Assembly (NCBI GenBank): GCA_973895155.1
Contig: OZ316895.1
Location: 24,743,538 to 24,807,537, forward strand
DNA: 64,000 bases
Origin: Marsupella aquatica
Taxonomy: Eukaryota; Plantae; Marchantiophyta
Direction of reading: 5' to 3'
Position 1 is the stretch's first letter. Every line of letters starts with the position of its first letter. Both the position numbers and the translations under genes were made by a program. Below the pieces are notes generated by a model, which was not told the DNA's origin, did not search any database, and was given only the letters and a program-made list of their open reading frames with translations. Positions 32,951-49,772 of the stretch are shown here, one piece after another.

Positions 32951-33490
32951 ATGGGGAAGCTGTCACCGTTCAAGCTGAAGGAGGTCGTGTACACCCTGTC
33001 ACCGTTCGAGGTGAAGGTCATGAAAAGCTTGTGGGGCGAGTTCACCCACAAGACGGAGAAGCGAATCAAGGAGAATTGGGTCTCCTTCTTGACCGTCACG
33101 GTTCCCGTCGTCGGCACCTACGCGTAAGCTTCCCTTCGGCTGTACCCTAAACGCTCTCTCTTTCCCTTTCTCCTCTTCGCTTCCTCTCTGTCCCTCTCTG
33201 CGTCTGTCTGTCTGTCTGCTTGTTTGGGATAGAGTTGTACTCTTGACCAAGCAAGTCAAGCTGAGCTGGTGATCAATCGATTGGTTTGCCTTTGGAAAGA
33301 ATAGATTAGGGTCGTTGTATGCGTATGTACTTTTGTTCCTTTTTCTTGGTTCTTTTCTGCATGTGCGCACTTAAGTTTTGAGGTTATAAGGTAGGGCGAT
33401 TGTGTAACGTTTTTCCTCGATGGCCTCATTTTGTCTGACAGCTATGCTGAAAAATACGTAGAGGAAGACAAGCTCCACCACAGGATGTAA
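32951..33490 (+). CDS. QCR8: Cytochrome b-c1 complex subunit 8 (UQCRQ/QCR8), 2 exons, 73 aa
   Basis: Exon 32951-33123 (GTAAGC donor) plus 33442-33490 (GACAG acceptor) gives MGKLSPFKLKEVVYTLSPFEVKVMKSLWGEFTHKTEKRIKENWVSFLTVTVPVVGTYAYAEKYVEEDKLHHRM, matching the plant QCR8 pattern (VVYxLSPF, ENW, KLxHR). Confidence 0.9.
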
Positions 33491-36400
33491 ATTGAAGCAA
33501 CTTCGACCTGTAAGGGTGATTGGAAGACACATTGTCCCTAATCTCCGTAGTAGCTCTTCACCTTTTCTCAGTTAAAAGGAGTGATGGTGAATACTTGCAC
33601 AAAATAATTCACTCGGGTGTACTCTGTAGAATTATGGCCGTTTGCGGCTGTTCACTTTAACTTAGTGAACCATATACTGACCAGAATTCAGACTGCATGG
33701 TGTACACTTTTCATCTTTTTCGAGTGAGCAGCCTGTTGTGAACTCCATCAATTGAGTAAGAAGTCTTGTATTTGCTTCTCATTTGTGTTCTCCGGTTGAA
33801 TTATGATCGAGGTGTGAATTTGCGGTACTCATGAACCGGAGTAGATTCCGATGAATTTATGATACCCACTGGTACCAATAAATGGTTCTCGGAACCTCTT
33901 TACCTGGCTGCGAGAGGCATTGGACTTTTCGTGATATTCTGTACTAACAATAGTGGATTCTGTAGAGATTATCGATCATATATTTGGGTCTCAAGACATG
34001 CAGAATGGTTGTTTCTGCATCGCTTACGGTCAACTGCATGGTAATCAGCCAGAGCTGATGTCTTGGCAGTCATGCCTAGTAGGCGTTGAGATGGAGCGAG
34101 AGTTGACCTCCATCTGCATTGCTCTTTGAGGCCGATTTCCGGTTCTTCAAATTTATTTTGCTGTGTCAATTAGTATAAATCCGTTTGTGGTTCGACAAAG
34201 TTGAAGCTCTTAGTTCACTGTTCGGACCAGTCCGTAGTTGTAGGCCCTGTGTAGAGAACTTTTTTTTCGCGTGGCTCGATTACGTTTAAGTTTAAGTGGT
34301 CTTCTTTTCTTACTCTTTCCAGTCACGTTTCTAGCGATAACACAGCCACTAGTCCTTGCAAACGAACTTCCACGATTTTCATGGTTTGGATATAGTGCGA
34401 GTGTTAACTTTACCTGACTCCTCTTCCAATGAAGTTTTCTATATTTTTTCCATGTTTTCTTGAACCGAGATTCCACATCTGTTCGATGTTTTGATGAAGT
34501 TCCCGGTTCGTTCCTCGGACCATTACGTAGTTGTAAGCCCTTTCTGTAGATAATTTACCTCACTTGGTTTGATAATCTCCTTAAAATCATGCATGGTCTT
34601 CCCTTTTCTTCTTTGCAGACACTTTTTTACATGATAACACAGGCACTGAGATCTGAAATACAGGAGTTCGGAGATGGTTGGACAGTTGAATCCACCTTGG
34701 CAAGCTTTCTTGTTTTCTATTTTCTTTTGCCACAGAGGGTACATTTGTTCTTTAATTTTACGAAGCTCTCAGTTCGCTCTTCTGACCACTACATAATTTT
34801 GGTCCTTTCAATAGATAATTCACTTCACCTGGCGAATATTTCTCTTAACCTTCAAATCATGAATGATTTTGTTTTCAATCTTGCCAGTGATGACGAAGCC
34901 CCTGATCCATGCAAATATGAGCTTTCCAAATTTGTCAGAACTCGGAGACAAATATGTATGCCGAGACTTATGGGCGGGAAGGGAACTCGTGAGGAGACTG
35001 TTTTCCTTTATAGTGCAATATGTACGTTTTACTACCGACCAACTTTACTACCCTAAATTTGTATCCACAGATCTTGTGGACTCATCTTAGACATCTTAGA
35101 ATTTACTCTATTAATAGTGCGCTGAATCTTATCTGGATCCTGACTTGCGCAACAGCAGATCCTGAGGATCACTACGAGACAACTTACAGTATCCTAAGAA
35201 TACTATACTGTAATTGTCGATACTTTGTCTCCAGGATTCTTCAGCTACCCATGAGTTGGTACTCATCAGTTGAGAGTACGCAAGCTCCTCAATTACACAC
35301 AAGGAAAATGAAAATGACAGGTATCTACCATCGGGTAGTTGTCTACTAGCGGAGTTTCTATCCACGTATCGCATTGACTCGTCTTTGATTGTTAGTTTTG
35401 GGCCTTTTGTGGCTTTTGATTTTCTGAGAGCTCCAAGTTTTTAGGTACTTGAGCTTCTTTGGATTTCTTTGCTCTTCAACCTTTCTGTAATTTGTTCCCA
35501 GTGGCACCTTGGTAACCTTTTCTCACGATGGCTGGGGGACGAAAGGGATATCTTTCATCCGGAGTGTGCATCTTGAAGCCTGCCTGGTTCTTTTCCCTAT
35601 CTGTTGTTGCATGCGTCTTCAACTGGCTTCAGTCTTGTCAGAGAGTACTTTCTGCTCTTATTTTACATGTCTAGTGTTATGCGCTTGAATCGTCATTCCA
35701 ATATTTCATTGCAAACGTCCATTGCAAATACATCTTAGATTCGCCTATCTTGTCATGCTATACATATGTACGTCAACCATTGCTACCTTTGTCTTCTCTC
35801 TGGTCTTTAGACCGACACCGATCTTCAGCATCTTCTGTTTCAATGGCATCATAGACGAATTTCCTTTCATGACTGGCAGTGCCCACTTCAATTAACGGAC
35901 ACTCGAACAGTGAATAGCCTGGCCGATTAAGTCAAAGCTTAGTACGGAAGATTTTCTTTCGTTGGTGCTGCTGATATCTGGAACTCCTGTGAAGGAGCTG
36001 TCTCCAACAGTCTTTTCCTATGTAGAAGACATACAATTTCATCGCAGTAAAGGTTCAATCCTTTCAAGATTGCGAGGTTGCGACAAAAGCCCTGAAATAC
36101 TACCGTCAAATCAATTTAGGGCTCATTCCTTGTATCTAGTCCTTGTATTCCAAGTTTTGAAGTGGTTTCTGGTCCACACGGTTGCCCATTAGAAGATGTA
36201 CACCTTCTACAAGATTTATGCTTTATGGTTGAGTGGGAACTTGACTTAATTTGAGGTTGATACTCATACGAATCACACTGCATGGTTTCAGGACTCTTCA
36301 ATATATTTAAAGGCTAAGATGGACCACAGTGCTGATTTTCAGGACTAAAAACAAACCAAACACTTTATTTTAAATTCCAAATGGTGAATATGTATACAAA

Positions 36401-37781
36401 AAAATAGGTGTCACGAGAGAAGAAAGAATAATATTTTAGAGCAATCCAAGCAATATGTTGTGGACTAGAGTCTTGTCGATTGTTGTGATCTACGAGAATT
36501 TCATTTCCATTTCATCTTATTTTGACAAGCAGGCCGCGGTCCACCTTTCTAAAGCTTTTTGCAGGGAACTTTTCCTGGCTGTCTGATCTGATCAACCATT
36601 TCTCTGGGCAGTATTTCACTCTGTAGGGGACTAAGGAGGGGCCTGGAAGCCCTTTGTAAAGAGCAGAACACATAGGAAAAGTTGTCTGGAATGTCTGATC
36701 TTGGAAAGTGGGGATTGAGGGGCAAGGATGCAGTTGTTGTGGACACTGGGAGAAGCCAAAATGGCAGAGGCAGTGGCCCCTGGGGTCTAGGGAGGTGCAG
36801 GTGGGCACAGATTGTAGGGGCGAGAGACTTGGAGGGGGGCCTGATCAGGCTGTGGGGAGGCAGGTGCTGGTGGGATGGGGAGGGGAGGTGGCAAGATGAG
36901 GAGGGGGAGGCAGTAGGGGAGGCAAGATGGGAAGCGGGAGAAACAGTTTTTGTCCTCCACTCAAAACTCTTCATTCCTTACATCCTATCCCCAACAAGGA
37001 AACCCCAGCACAAATGGTTGTGTTCTGTTCACCCCCCTTGCAGACAGATCCCCATATTGCAAACCCCTCCACGGTTGATGCACAAAATCAGGCATTTGCT
37101 TTTTAGGGGTCACCTTTAGAGCATCCACACCAGTTTTTGGCCAGACGCCAGCATCACAAGTTATTTGGCAGGATGCAGGCCGCATGCATCGCTCCCCAGC
37201 CCGAATCCAACTATGCCCTTGCACCAGTGCCTGGTAAAAAGGCCCGGCAAAACACTTTACCATAGTAAACATTACTGCACGCAGTTTGAACCCACAAACA
37301 GCAGCGAATATTGTTGATAACAATCAAAACTTTCTTTCGCTTCCAAACTGTGAACACCATAGCCTGCGCCCTACAAGCTTTGCAAAATGAGTCACAAAGG
37401 TTTCTACTTTGTACATATATGTTCGCTGCCAATGAGATGAGAAAACTAATGCAGCAATAGGTAATCATGTGCAATGTGTTACTTGAAAAATTACTCAAGT
37501 TTTTTATTTTAATTAGTTTGGCCTTACCAAGGTTAGTTAACTTTAAATTATTTTAGTATAAGATCCATTTATTTAGACTTCCACATCTTAGCCTCCCTTA
37601 GGGGGTATAGGTTGGAGGGAGGACATTCTTTCACTCAATCTTCACATGTCCTCTCTCATGTGTTAGGATAAATCTAGACCAAGCAAGTCAGTGTCAACAT
37701 AGGGGAACAACATCCATAGACTCTAACATTAGAAGTAAGTGGTTCACCCCGTCTGGGCTATGTCCACCCCATCTGGGCTAG

Positions 37782-37965
37782 TGTCACACCAGAAGTTTAG
37801 TCCTTAAGCGAATTCCACCTTAAATGCAACGTAAACTTTGTTAGTATTGAGGGTTTGCACAAGGCGGAACTTGCTGCCTTTGTTTATTTACATAAACTAG
37901 CGCTAAGCGTACATAATTATATGTACAGATACTTCACTTATGTAAGTTTTGTGTTACGCCCCAGA
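37782..37965. mobile_element. Terminal fragment of LTR-like family A
   Basis: Begins TGTCACACC..TAGTCCTTA..TTGTTAGTATTGAGGGTT..AAACTAGCGCTAAG, matching the reverse complement of the element end at 59647. Confidence 0.55.
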
Positions 37966-39660
37966 ATTATATGTAGAGATGCTAAGAACAAGGGAGGGAA
38001 GGAAAGTGACATTTAGGGTCCCCAAAACACTAAAGGACAACCTTTCCATGCCACCTCAAACGATTTCCCGGACAGTGTGCTCCCCTTCAGCGACCAATGT
38101 TTGATGTTGCAGCAATCAACGGCTTCTTGGATGACGACAATTTTGTCTTCGCGGAACAGCAATTCATCGAGTTCATTAGCCAAGGGCATCCACAGGAACT
38201 CGGGCTTGATTAGCTCTCCACCAGTGAATGCAAACTTTCAGAGCTCCCACAACCTAGCCAGCTCTTGTCTTCCCTGGAGGCTCTCTTTGCTTCTTCCTCC
38301 TTGTAAGTATCCATGAATTTAGTTGCCCGGTCGAACATGCATCCCCAGAAATGTGCAACTTGATTGACGTTGTTCATCCTAGCTCGACGTCAACACTTGG
38401 TACTCGCTTCTGCCCCTAATGTGCTTGCTGAAGCTGCTGACGGTTTGCCTGCATTCGTTTGCTCTTTGGAAGATGATCGTTGTAGTCAAGAATGAGCCAC
38501 CGATCCTGGTGAACAGTCCTTACCCCCCCCCCCCCCCCTTCTGCATGCTTAGTAGGGGACAATTGTTTGCTGCCAAAGGTGCCTAATGTGCCCTGCCCCT
38601 AATTGTACCCAGAGCCACCCTCACTTCCGGCCTTAGCTCGGGTTCCGTGGTTACACTCAATTGTTTAAGTTCCCCCCCCCCCCCCCGCGTTTTACCTAGA
38701 AACTTATGTAAACAAGTATATACCACAAGGTTTTAACCCTTGAATACCCTAGTGAATCCGGCTAGGCATCACATGAGGCAGCTAGTTTTAGACCCTCTAG
38801 CAAGATTCCTTTGCTCTGACCTCCTATGCAGTACCTTAGAGCTCTACCAGGCTCTTTAGTTTGCCAATAGATAGGTTTAGGTTTTTTGTTCCTAGTTGTT
38901 CTTGTGGTGGACTTTGGCTTGGTTCCCTTAGTTGGGCTTTGTGCATGGCACTTTTGTTGCCTCTTTTGCCTGTGGGATATATATGGTCTCTTGGTTGGGC
39001 GCCTTCTATCAAATGACAGTGAAAAAAATTGTTTCTTTTAGGCTGCTATATGATGGGACACTCTTTGGCTATCTTGTCTTATTCAAATTGCTTTGCAATG
39101 TATTTCTACATTAATCTGGTCTAATCTATGCTTTTGCCATGTATTATTTAGAATTTAGCCATTTATTCTAGCCCTTTTTATTTTTCCTTACTTGCATGGG
39201 ACGGTCTGACCCTTCAACCAGGCAACTAGGATTCTGTTTAGTTATTGATGGAGTGCTGGTTATATGTACATTGGGTATAAAGTTTACAATGGTTAAGGTT
39301 TATGGATCAAAGGTGTCACCTAAATAGAGAGCCCCTCCAAATAGAGCTGAAAATTAAAAAGGAACAAAATTAGCTTAGTTCTCTTTGAATCACAAAATAT
39401 TGTATTTATATAGTAGTAGATTCAAATTAATGCACTTGTCTCACCTCTCTCACTTTTAGAAATGTGTGCAACTTTCTTATAATCATTCTTTCAATATTGT
39501 GTTTCATAAACATAGCATGTTCATCGTGTAACATGCTTTACTTTTTGTCTAGTAGTGATGTGTAAGTGGATGAAATTAGAGAGTAAAACTAGAATACATA
39601 TTAAATGTTGATGGGATAGAACAATATAAATAAAGTACATGCAAATAAAAGCACATAGTG

Positions 39661-39738
39661 TCCAATGAAAAGTACAATTAAATTTTATGACACAAAGATT
39701 CCAATGAAAAGTACAATTAAATTTTATGACACAAAGAT
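39661..39738. repeat. Perfect 39-bp tandem duplication
   Basis: TCCAATGAAAAGTACAATTAAATTTTATGACACAAAGAT x2. Confidence 0.9.
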
Positions 39739-40910
39739 GCTACTAGTTGTGCACTTACTTCAATGTGCCTTATTAATGATACACATTTCAATAAAAACAC
39801 TAAACTTAAATAAGAAAGCCATGAGGGGAATTTAAGACACAATGTGTTGACGCTACTTAAAGTCATTTCTCTCACTCATGAAAATACTTAAAGTGGTAGA
39901 AAATGAAGCCCTTGGTTTCACTCTAGAAGATAACAAAGTTTCAAAATTAAGGGGGCTGCCCAAATAATTCAAAATACTATAGGATACCAAATTTTAAAGG
40001 GGTCCATAAATGAATTAAAAGTCTGTATGATACAAAGGATGCCCCTTGTTAAGATATATTAAAAAAAAAACACATGACACAAAAATATGAATAAGACAAA
40101 ACATGAAAATTGGATTCACCATATAACAACTTCATAAACTAGTCAAATTAAGATTAAGAACTTATAATGATTGTTTCAATTGTTTGATAAGTCAAAATAG
40201 GATTGTATTAGGATGAACATGAGAGTGAATTTGTCAAATTGAAATATATTGTTTGTTTGTCTACTTGTAGTTGAGGAGTGAGCTGCCTACAGTAGCTCTG
40301 CCGACTGCAGCCAACCCTAACCAAGGCGCGGGCTTGTGTTTGCGTCAGGGAATGGGGTGGGGTGGGGTGGGGTGGGGTGTGGCTCGGCTCCATTTGTATC
40401 AAACGTGGGGCCGTTGCATTTTCGACGGCCAAGAATTGCGTATGGGGAGGGTAAACTTGGAATTGACTCAACCCATATGTAAAGGCTATCTGACAGTGTA
40501 TGAGGCGTCTACCTGCCCACTTGGCTCCTTCCGTGGGTGGAGAGGCAGCTATGGCTGGCTGAAGGAGCTGCCCGGCCCATGGGAGCGGAGAAGACGCTAC
40601 GAGCTGCTCCGGTACAAATTATTTGTTGTTGCGAGACAGGCAGATCCAACTGATCCCAAGAACGAAGATATGATCGAATGATGCCCACATTGCTCTCAGT
40701 CCGGGGTGGGGGCCGTTGCCACCAAATCGCTATGTGTCGCCCACCCCCTAGAATGCATAAGAGCGGGGAATTGGTGCAGTAGGCTCTTGCAGTCTTGTCA
40801 CTCAGTACTTCTCGTTTTGATTGAGTGGGATCTGTGGAAAGTATTCAGTTGTGCAGATTGTGTATCGCAGAGGGGATTCAGACTGAGGTCACCAGAGCGT
40901 TAAGAGAGCA

Positions 40911-44417
<3,507 letters not shown>

Positions 44418-45571
44418 AGTTTTGGCACATCAGTCTCTTTATTGAGATAGAAGCTTATTCGGATGATCATGTCTTTCTGTTCTAGTTATGTTCAGGGTGC
44501 CTGAAATTCCCTGTCAGCGAGGCTGCCGAGGTTACAATAGAAATAGTGACGTGGTTCAGTAGGCAGGTTTTTTTCCCCAGCGAATGCTATCAGTGATATA
44601 GATATGATCTCATTTCAGTGATCACTTTAGGAACTTCGAATACCAAATATTAGAGTGAAGAGAAGAAAGTTTAGCCATGCCTTGATATGTGTGCGGGGGC
44701 GGCAGTTAGCTATGTCAGCAAATTCCAGTTTCATGACATTTTTGTGAATAGTCACCTGTTCCTGGAATTGTTAATCTGTCTGCTATAAACGACCAGCGAC
44801 AGAGAGGGTCTAGAACTGCTCTATCAGATAACTGTTGTAGACACTTACGAAATAATCTCACGAAGGTGAAGGTGAATTGCCAGTGGAGTGTAACTTCCTC
44901 TATTTAGTTATGTCGGAAGCTTAGTTGTGTTTCCAGAATTTGCTACATGGTTTCTGCCTGTCAAGCCTAGCGCATATTTTGGCTCTTCTCTACTCTTGTT
45001 TGCTTCCAGGAATAGAAGTTCCCAGTAGGTCCCTGGCCTTAACCCCTTCCCAATAATTCTGAACGTAAGCTAACTGACAGCAAGTGACAAACCAACAAAT
45101 CAAACTAATGTGCACAGGGTAGGATGGAGCCTAGCCTGTGCTGCTTAATTCATAAGTTTAATGTGACTCCCTTTTTCCAGTTTTTAAGTACTAAACCTTA
45201 AATTTCTTACATAGGGCCTCAGTCTTTGTTATTTATCTGATTTAAAATGTGCGTTAGAGGAAGTGCATGTTACAGGGTTTAAGGTGCTAGATGTTTCTAC
45301 ACTCCCGTATGGCAAATCTGACCTGCTCACAAAGTCCTTTAGTGATAATTGAATTGATTTGCTTTGTTTATCTAGTAATCCATTCCTGCTCGTAAAGTAT
45401 CGAATTGATTGACTGTATTTATTTACTGTTTGTTTCCTCATTTAGAATTAGGAGTTACACCCCATAATCTAATTTAGAAATTCAATTTTCAATAGTTCCA
45501 GTCACCCTCTTATTTGTAATGTAATAATTATTAAATTTTCAAATTATTCTATTTGTTAAACGTACAGTTTG

Positions 45572-45771
45572 TCTGGCAAAGGTTGAACCTAAGATCTCTT
45601 GTTCTCACACCAGAGTTCCAGTGGGCTAAACTTAAAGTCTAAATGCTGATGTGTCATGTTTCATGTCCAGTGGGCTAAACCCTAAACTTGCTCTCTCACC
45701 CTAGTTATCTGGCAAGGCTTGAACCTAAGATCTCTAGTTCTCACCACAGGAGTCCCATTGGGCTAAACTTA
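45572..45771 (-). repeat. Two ~63-bp direct repeats with Pol III A/B-box-like motifs (tRNA-derived SINE-like heads)
   Basis: 45572-45634 and 45708-45771 are similar to each other; the minus strand reads TAGCCCA(C/A)TGG ... GGTTCAA(C/G)C. Confidence 0.45.
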
Positions 45772-46003
45772 GCCTAAATGCATACTGTTTCATTACTACC
45801 TGCATTTATTTTGGTCTACCTTGTGATTCCAATTAAGATTGTATGCCACTATGCTAAGAATTAAACTCAAAATTAAGGCTAATCAATGCCATTAGCTTTT
45901 ATTAACCCTGTATGTGACTGCCCGATGCCCAGTATTTTTAACGTTAGTATCTGGCTAAATACCTGGAGCAAATCAATGTGGACACAAACAAAATGAAACC
46001 CAA

Positions 46004-46151
46004 ACTGTCCCAAGGCTAGTTGGTAGAGCAGTTCCTTTGGGATGTAACAGGTTCCGGGTTTGAAGCCGGTTAGCAGTGATAGATACTTTTGTAATTCACC
46101 CCACCCAAAAGTGGGGATCAGTCACTCACTAGTCACGACACTCCAAAAAAG
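46004..46151 (+). pseudogene. Degenerate tRNA-like sequence (Pro-UGG-like loop) or tRNA-derived SINE
   Basis: TAGTTGGTAGAGC D-arm/A-box, TTTGGGA loop, CCGGGTTTGAAGCCGG T-arm/B-box at tRNA-like spacing; acceptor and anticodon stems mismatched; A7 run ends ~46151. Confidence 0.45.
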
Positions 46152-46441
46152 TCGGGCAGCAAGTGTGGGCGGCGAAAAGTGTTTAGGGTTTAGGGTCGAT
46201 CTTGTCTTTTGTCGTGAATCTATTGAAACCTCTCTAAGTACATGTACATAGTTTCCAATTTAGAGTGTATGCAACTACCGTAGCGCTATTTTTAATTGGC
46301 ACAAATATTCTTTAAGACAAAACTACCAATCTAATTTCAAATATTCTCTTTGTGAACCAAAGAGGGCAACAATTAAATGGGCTTGAAAGCATGAAAAAAT
46401 AAATGTCTAAAGTTGAAAAGGAGTGAAAAATGATTTCTATG

Positions 46442-46473
46442 AAACCCTAAACCCTAAACCCTAAACCCTAAAC
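46442..46473 (-). repeat. Interstitial plant telomere repeat (TTTAGGG)x4
   Basis: AAACCCTAAACCCTAAACCCTAAACCCTAAAC. Confidence 0.85.
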
Positions 46474-46541
46474 AAATGAAAGCGCAATGAGCCTAAATCT
46501 TCAGATCTTCAGTAAATGACAAAAGAGAAGTAAAGAGAAAA

Positions 46542-46728
46542 GGACAATGAAGGGACTTCAGGTTGAATCTTATCTTTAAGAATCCTATGAGAAAGATTAA
46601 AAAAAAGGTTCTCTTGCATTCAAACCTGAAAGAGGAATGGACAATGAAGGGATTTCAGTTTGAATCTTATCTTTACAAATCCTATGATAAAGAATAGAAA
46701 AAAATGGTCTCTTGCATTAAATCTGAAA
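46542..46728. repeat. Diverged ~97-bp tandem duplication
   Basis: GGACAATGAAGGGA..TTGAATCTTATCTTTA..ATCCTATGA..TCTCTTGCATT occurs at 46542 and 46639. Confidence 0.8.
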
Positions 46729-47207
46729 TCCTAAACCTCCTTAAAGTTGGATGAGTAGATACTTGGTTTGAAACAAAAAGGCTTCAAAGGAGTAGTCATA
46801 TGAAGCTTAAGTGTAGGAATAGGTATTGTGATAACACAAATTGCATGGCATATCGTGGCCAGGGGCCCTCACAGGAATTATCATTTACTTGTCCTTGTCA
46901 TATTTTTTCTCTACCTAAGAGAGTCCCCATGGACAATGTGCATGAATTGTGGGAGTAAATGTTATTTTGATATTTTGGTCAAAAATTAAATTGCCCTCAA
47001 AGGCCCAAAAACTAAGGTCATGATGAGTGAAGATTGGGAAAAATAGAAAGACATTTCACTTTAGCCAACACAAATATCTAGATTATTTGCTCAAGTCAAG
47101 TGAGTGAATTCAAATGAAACTAGTAGCAAGCTCTCTAAGTACATGTACGTAGTACTACTTTTAGCATTAATTATAATAGTTACTAGCTCAATGCCTGTGC
47201 GTTGCAT

Positions 47208-48050
47208 GAAAGATGTTAAGGAGAGAAAAGATGTTGAGGAGAGAAAAGATCAAGGTGAGCAGGATGTCAAAGAGAGAAAAATGTTGAGGAGAGAAAAGAT
47301 GTTATGGAGGAAAAGATGTTGAGGAGAAGAGAAGATGTTGAGATGAGAAAAAGATTCCAAGGAGGGAAAAGATGTAAAGGAGAGAAAGGGTGTTGAGGAG
47401 AGAAAAATATATTGAGATGAGTAAAATATGTCAAGGAGAGAAAAGATGTTGAGATGAGAAAAACATTTCAAAGAGACAAAAGATGCAGAGATGAGAAAAA
47501 GATGTCCAGGAGAGAAAAAATGTGGAGGAAGAGAGATTTTGAGATAAGAAAAGGGTGTTTAGGCGAGATAAGGATGTCAAGGCAAGAGAAGATGTCATGG
47601 GAGGCGACATGATGATAAAGATGAAATACATAAGCTGCTTAAATACAAATATGAGGACATCTTAAGACATTAATACCACACTCATGCATGTACCAACCTC
47701 ATCATGTAAAACATTTTGGTCAACCTTGCACAACCCTCCTCGAAATCCGGAAGCAAGACCCCTTACTACTTGTAGAAGATGTTGGGGTGAGGAAAAAACG
47801 TTGAGGTGAGGAAAAAATGTTGAAGGGAGAAAAAGAGATCAAGGAGAGTGAAAGATGTCAAGGCAACACAAAGATGTTGAAGTGATAAAGAAATTTAGGC
47901 AAGTGTTGCACAAAAGATGTTGAGGCAAGGACAATATGTCAAGGCAAAGCCGAGGTGAGGAAAATATGTTGAGGAAGGAAAAGATTTTGAGGCCAGGAAA
48001 AATGTCAAGGCAAGACAATGCTGTCGAGGCAAGGGAAAAATGTCAAGGAA
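47208..48050. repeat. Degenerate purine-rich 18-bp minisatellite (consensus ~GAGAGAAAAGATGTTGAG) in two blocks
   Basis: Repeated AAAGATGT(T/C)(G/A)AGG units at ~47208-47600 and ~47775-48050. Confidence 0.8.
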
Positions 48051-49772
48051 ATGCGAATAAATAAAGGTGAGCTCATTCCCCATGCAATAAACTTACACAA
48101 AAACTCACATTGGTAAAAATGTCCTTGAGAAAGTCATATTGTTGTGTAAATAATGTGGTTGCATTTAGGTTTGGTTGCATAAAATAAGTCTTGGTGCAAA
48201 AGATTTAATTTTTAATTTTTAATTTTAATTTTTTGTGTGCACTAAAACATCAAAATATCCCCTGTTGTTTTCCTTCTCGTTTCCCCACCTCTTCTTACTT
48301 TTCTCCATGTATTAAACTCTCCATGTGCCAATTTCTCTCTCTCCCTTCTACATAGTGCCTTATCTTTTGGGGAGTGTACTAATTATGCTCCAGTATAATC
48401 TCCATGAGAAACCAAAAAGTACACTCTAATTAGCTCCATAAGTCACTCTAATTAGCTCCATAATTATTGTACCTTCAAGTACAATTGTCAGCAAGTGAAA
48501 TTAGACTATTAGAGCATATAAAGTGGTCAGATGTGCCCTGCTTTCTACCGTGGCCACATGGACCTTGGCCATACTTACATAGGAATGAGGGGAGACACTT
48601 GGATGATGGTTTAGGGTTTAGAGACATTTAATTGATGGACCCCCAAAATGCAAAGTGTTTCTTGAATGACCCATGAGTGATCCAGACCATTGATAGATCT
48701 CAAATCAATGTACCCAATAGCTCAGGTGGTCTCATGGGGTCTATTAAGTAAGATATTGACATCAGCTCAATTGTTGTCGGATGACACTCTTGGACAGAAA
48801 CACTCTTGGACAGAAACATAAAATATACATAAAACAGACTCTTCGTCTTCACAACAGAGCTGACAAACAACTGAGCACCCAAAGACAACCTCCCAATTAT
48901 TCTCTAGTTTGTGTCATGCTAGGACAACCGGAAATGAGAGAGTGGAAAATACTTTATTGAATGAAGAAATAGTTTTGAATAACACTGAAAGCTATAGCTG
49001 AGAGATGAGGTTCTTGGTTTTTAACGACTACAGTAGCTAGGACAAACAACTTCCACCTCGGACTGATCTTTCATTTATTTGGTAGGGCTTTCCTCCTTAA
49101 TGGTTTTGAGTGGGGCAGCCCTGGGATACTTTATATGTAGTAATCCTGCAATCAATCTGGTAGTGTGACAATTGAAGAGTAGTGAACTGTGGATGTATTA
49201 TCTCAAACGACCATCACCAAATCTTAGTTTGATTTTGTGTTAAGTTTTCTCCAAGCCATGTGATAGTTGTGACTACTAGCCTGATTACCCATTCTTTGAA
49301 CGTAAATAGAAATGAAGATTAAAAAAAAAACTTGCAAAATAAAATGCTCTTATTCAACTTTGCCTCCATCCCTCTCATTTTCTCACCGTCACTTCTATTT
49401 TGTCTTTATTGAGAGTCATTATAGTCAATGTCTGTTTTTGTTTCCATCCCTTTTTTAGGGTCCACTTTCACTTCAGTTTTGTCCTATTGAAAGTTAGGGT
49501 CTAGAGTCTGCCCTTGAAAGTTCTGTAGCTTTGCATTGGGCTTTATAATTAAGATGGAGAATCTTTCGTACATCATCGTGCAATCAGATCTGCTCTTTTA
49601 CCTCACCTCAATTGGATCAGCGGCAACACTGTTTCGAGTAAATTGTAATAAGACGGGAGCCAATCAATCCCCAGGCCAATCGCAGTTCGGATTTGGAATA
49701 GCTCAGCTCGGCTCACTTAGCTGGGCTCGGTCCAGCTAAATTCCAAGTGACAGGGTTTGTGCGAGAAAATTG

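Noticed and set aside
34000-36300. Lys/Glu-rich coding-looking minus-strand sequence
   Set aside because: No consistent exon chain or known domain could be built by eye; needs a homology search.
36549-37119. Pro/Ser-rich and Gly/Trp-rich ORFs on both strands
   Set aside because: Produced by a G-rich low-complexity tract; no domain support.
38010-38080. WKGCP as a PIF/Harbinger transposase WKNCP motif
   Set aside because: The preceding G.IDC.H motif is absent and a stop follows soon after.
46004-46078. Functional tRNA-Pro gene
   Set aside because: Acceptor and anticodon stems mismatched and T-loop TTTGAAG non-canonical; kept only as pseudo/SINE-like.
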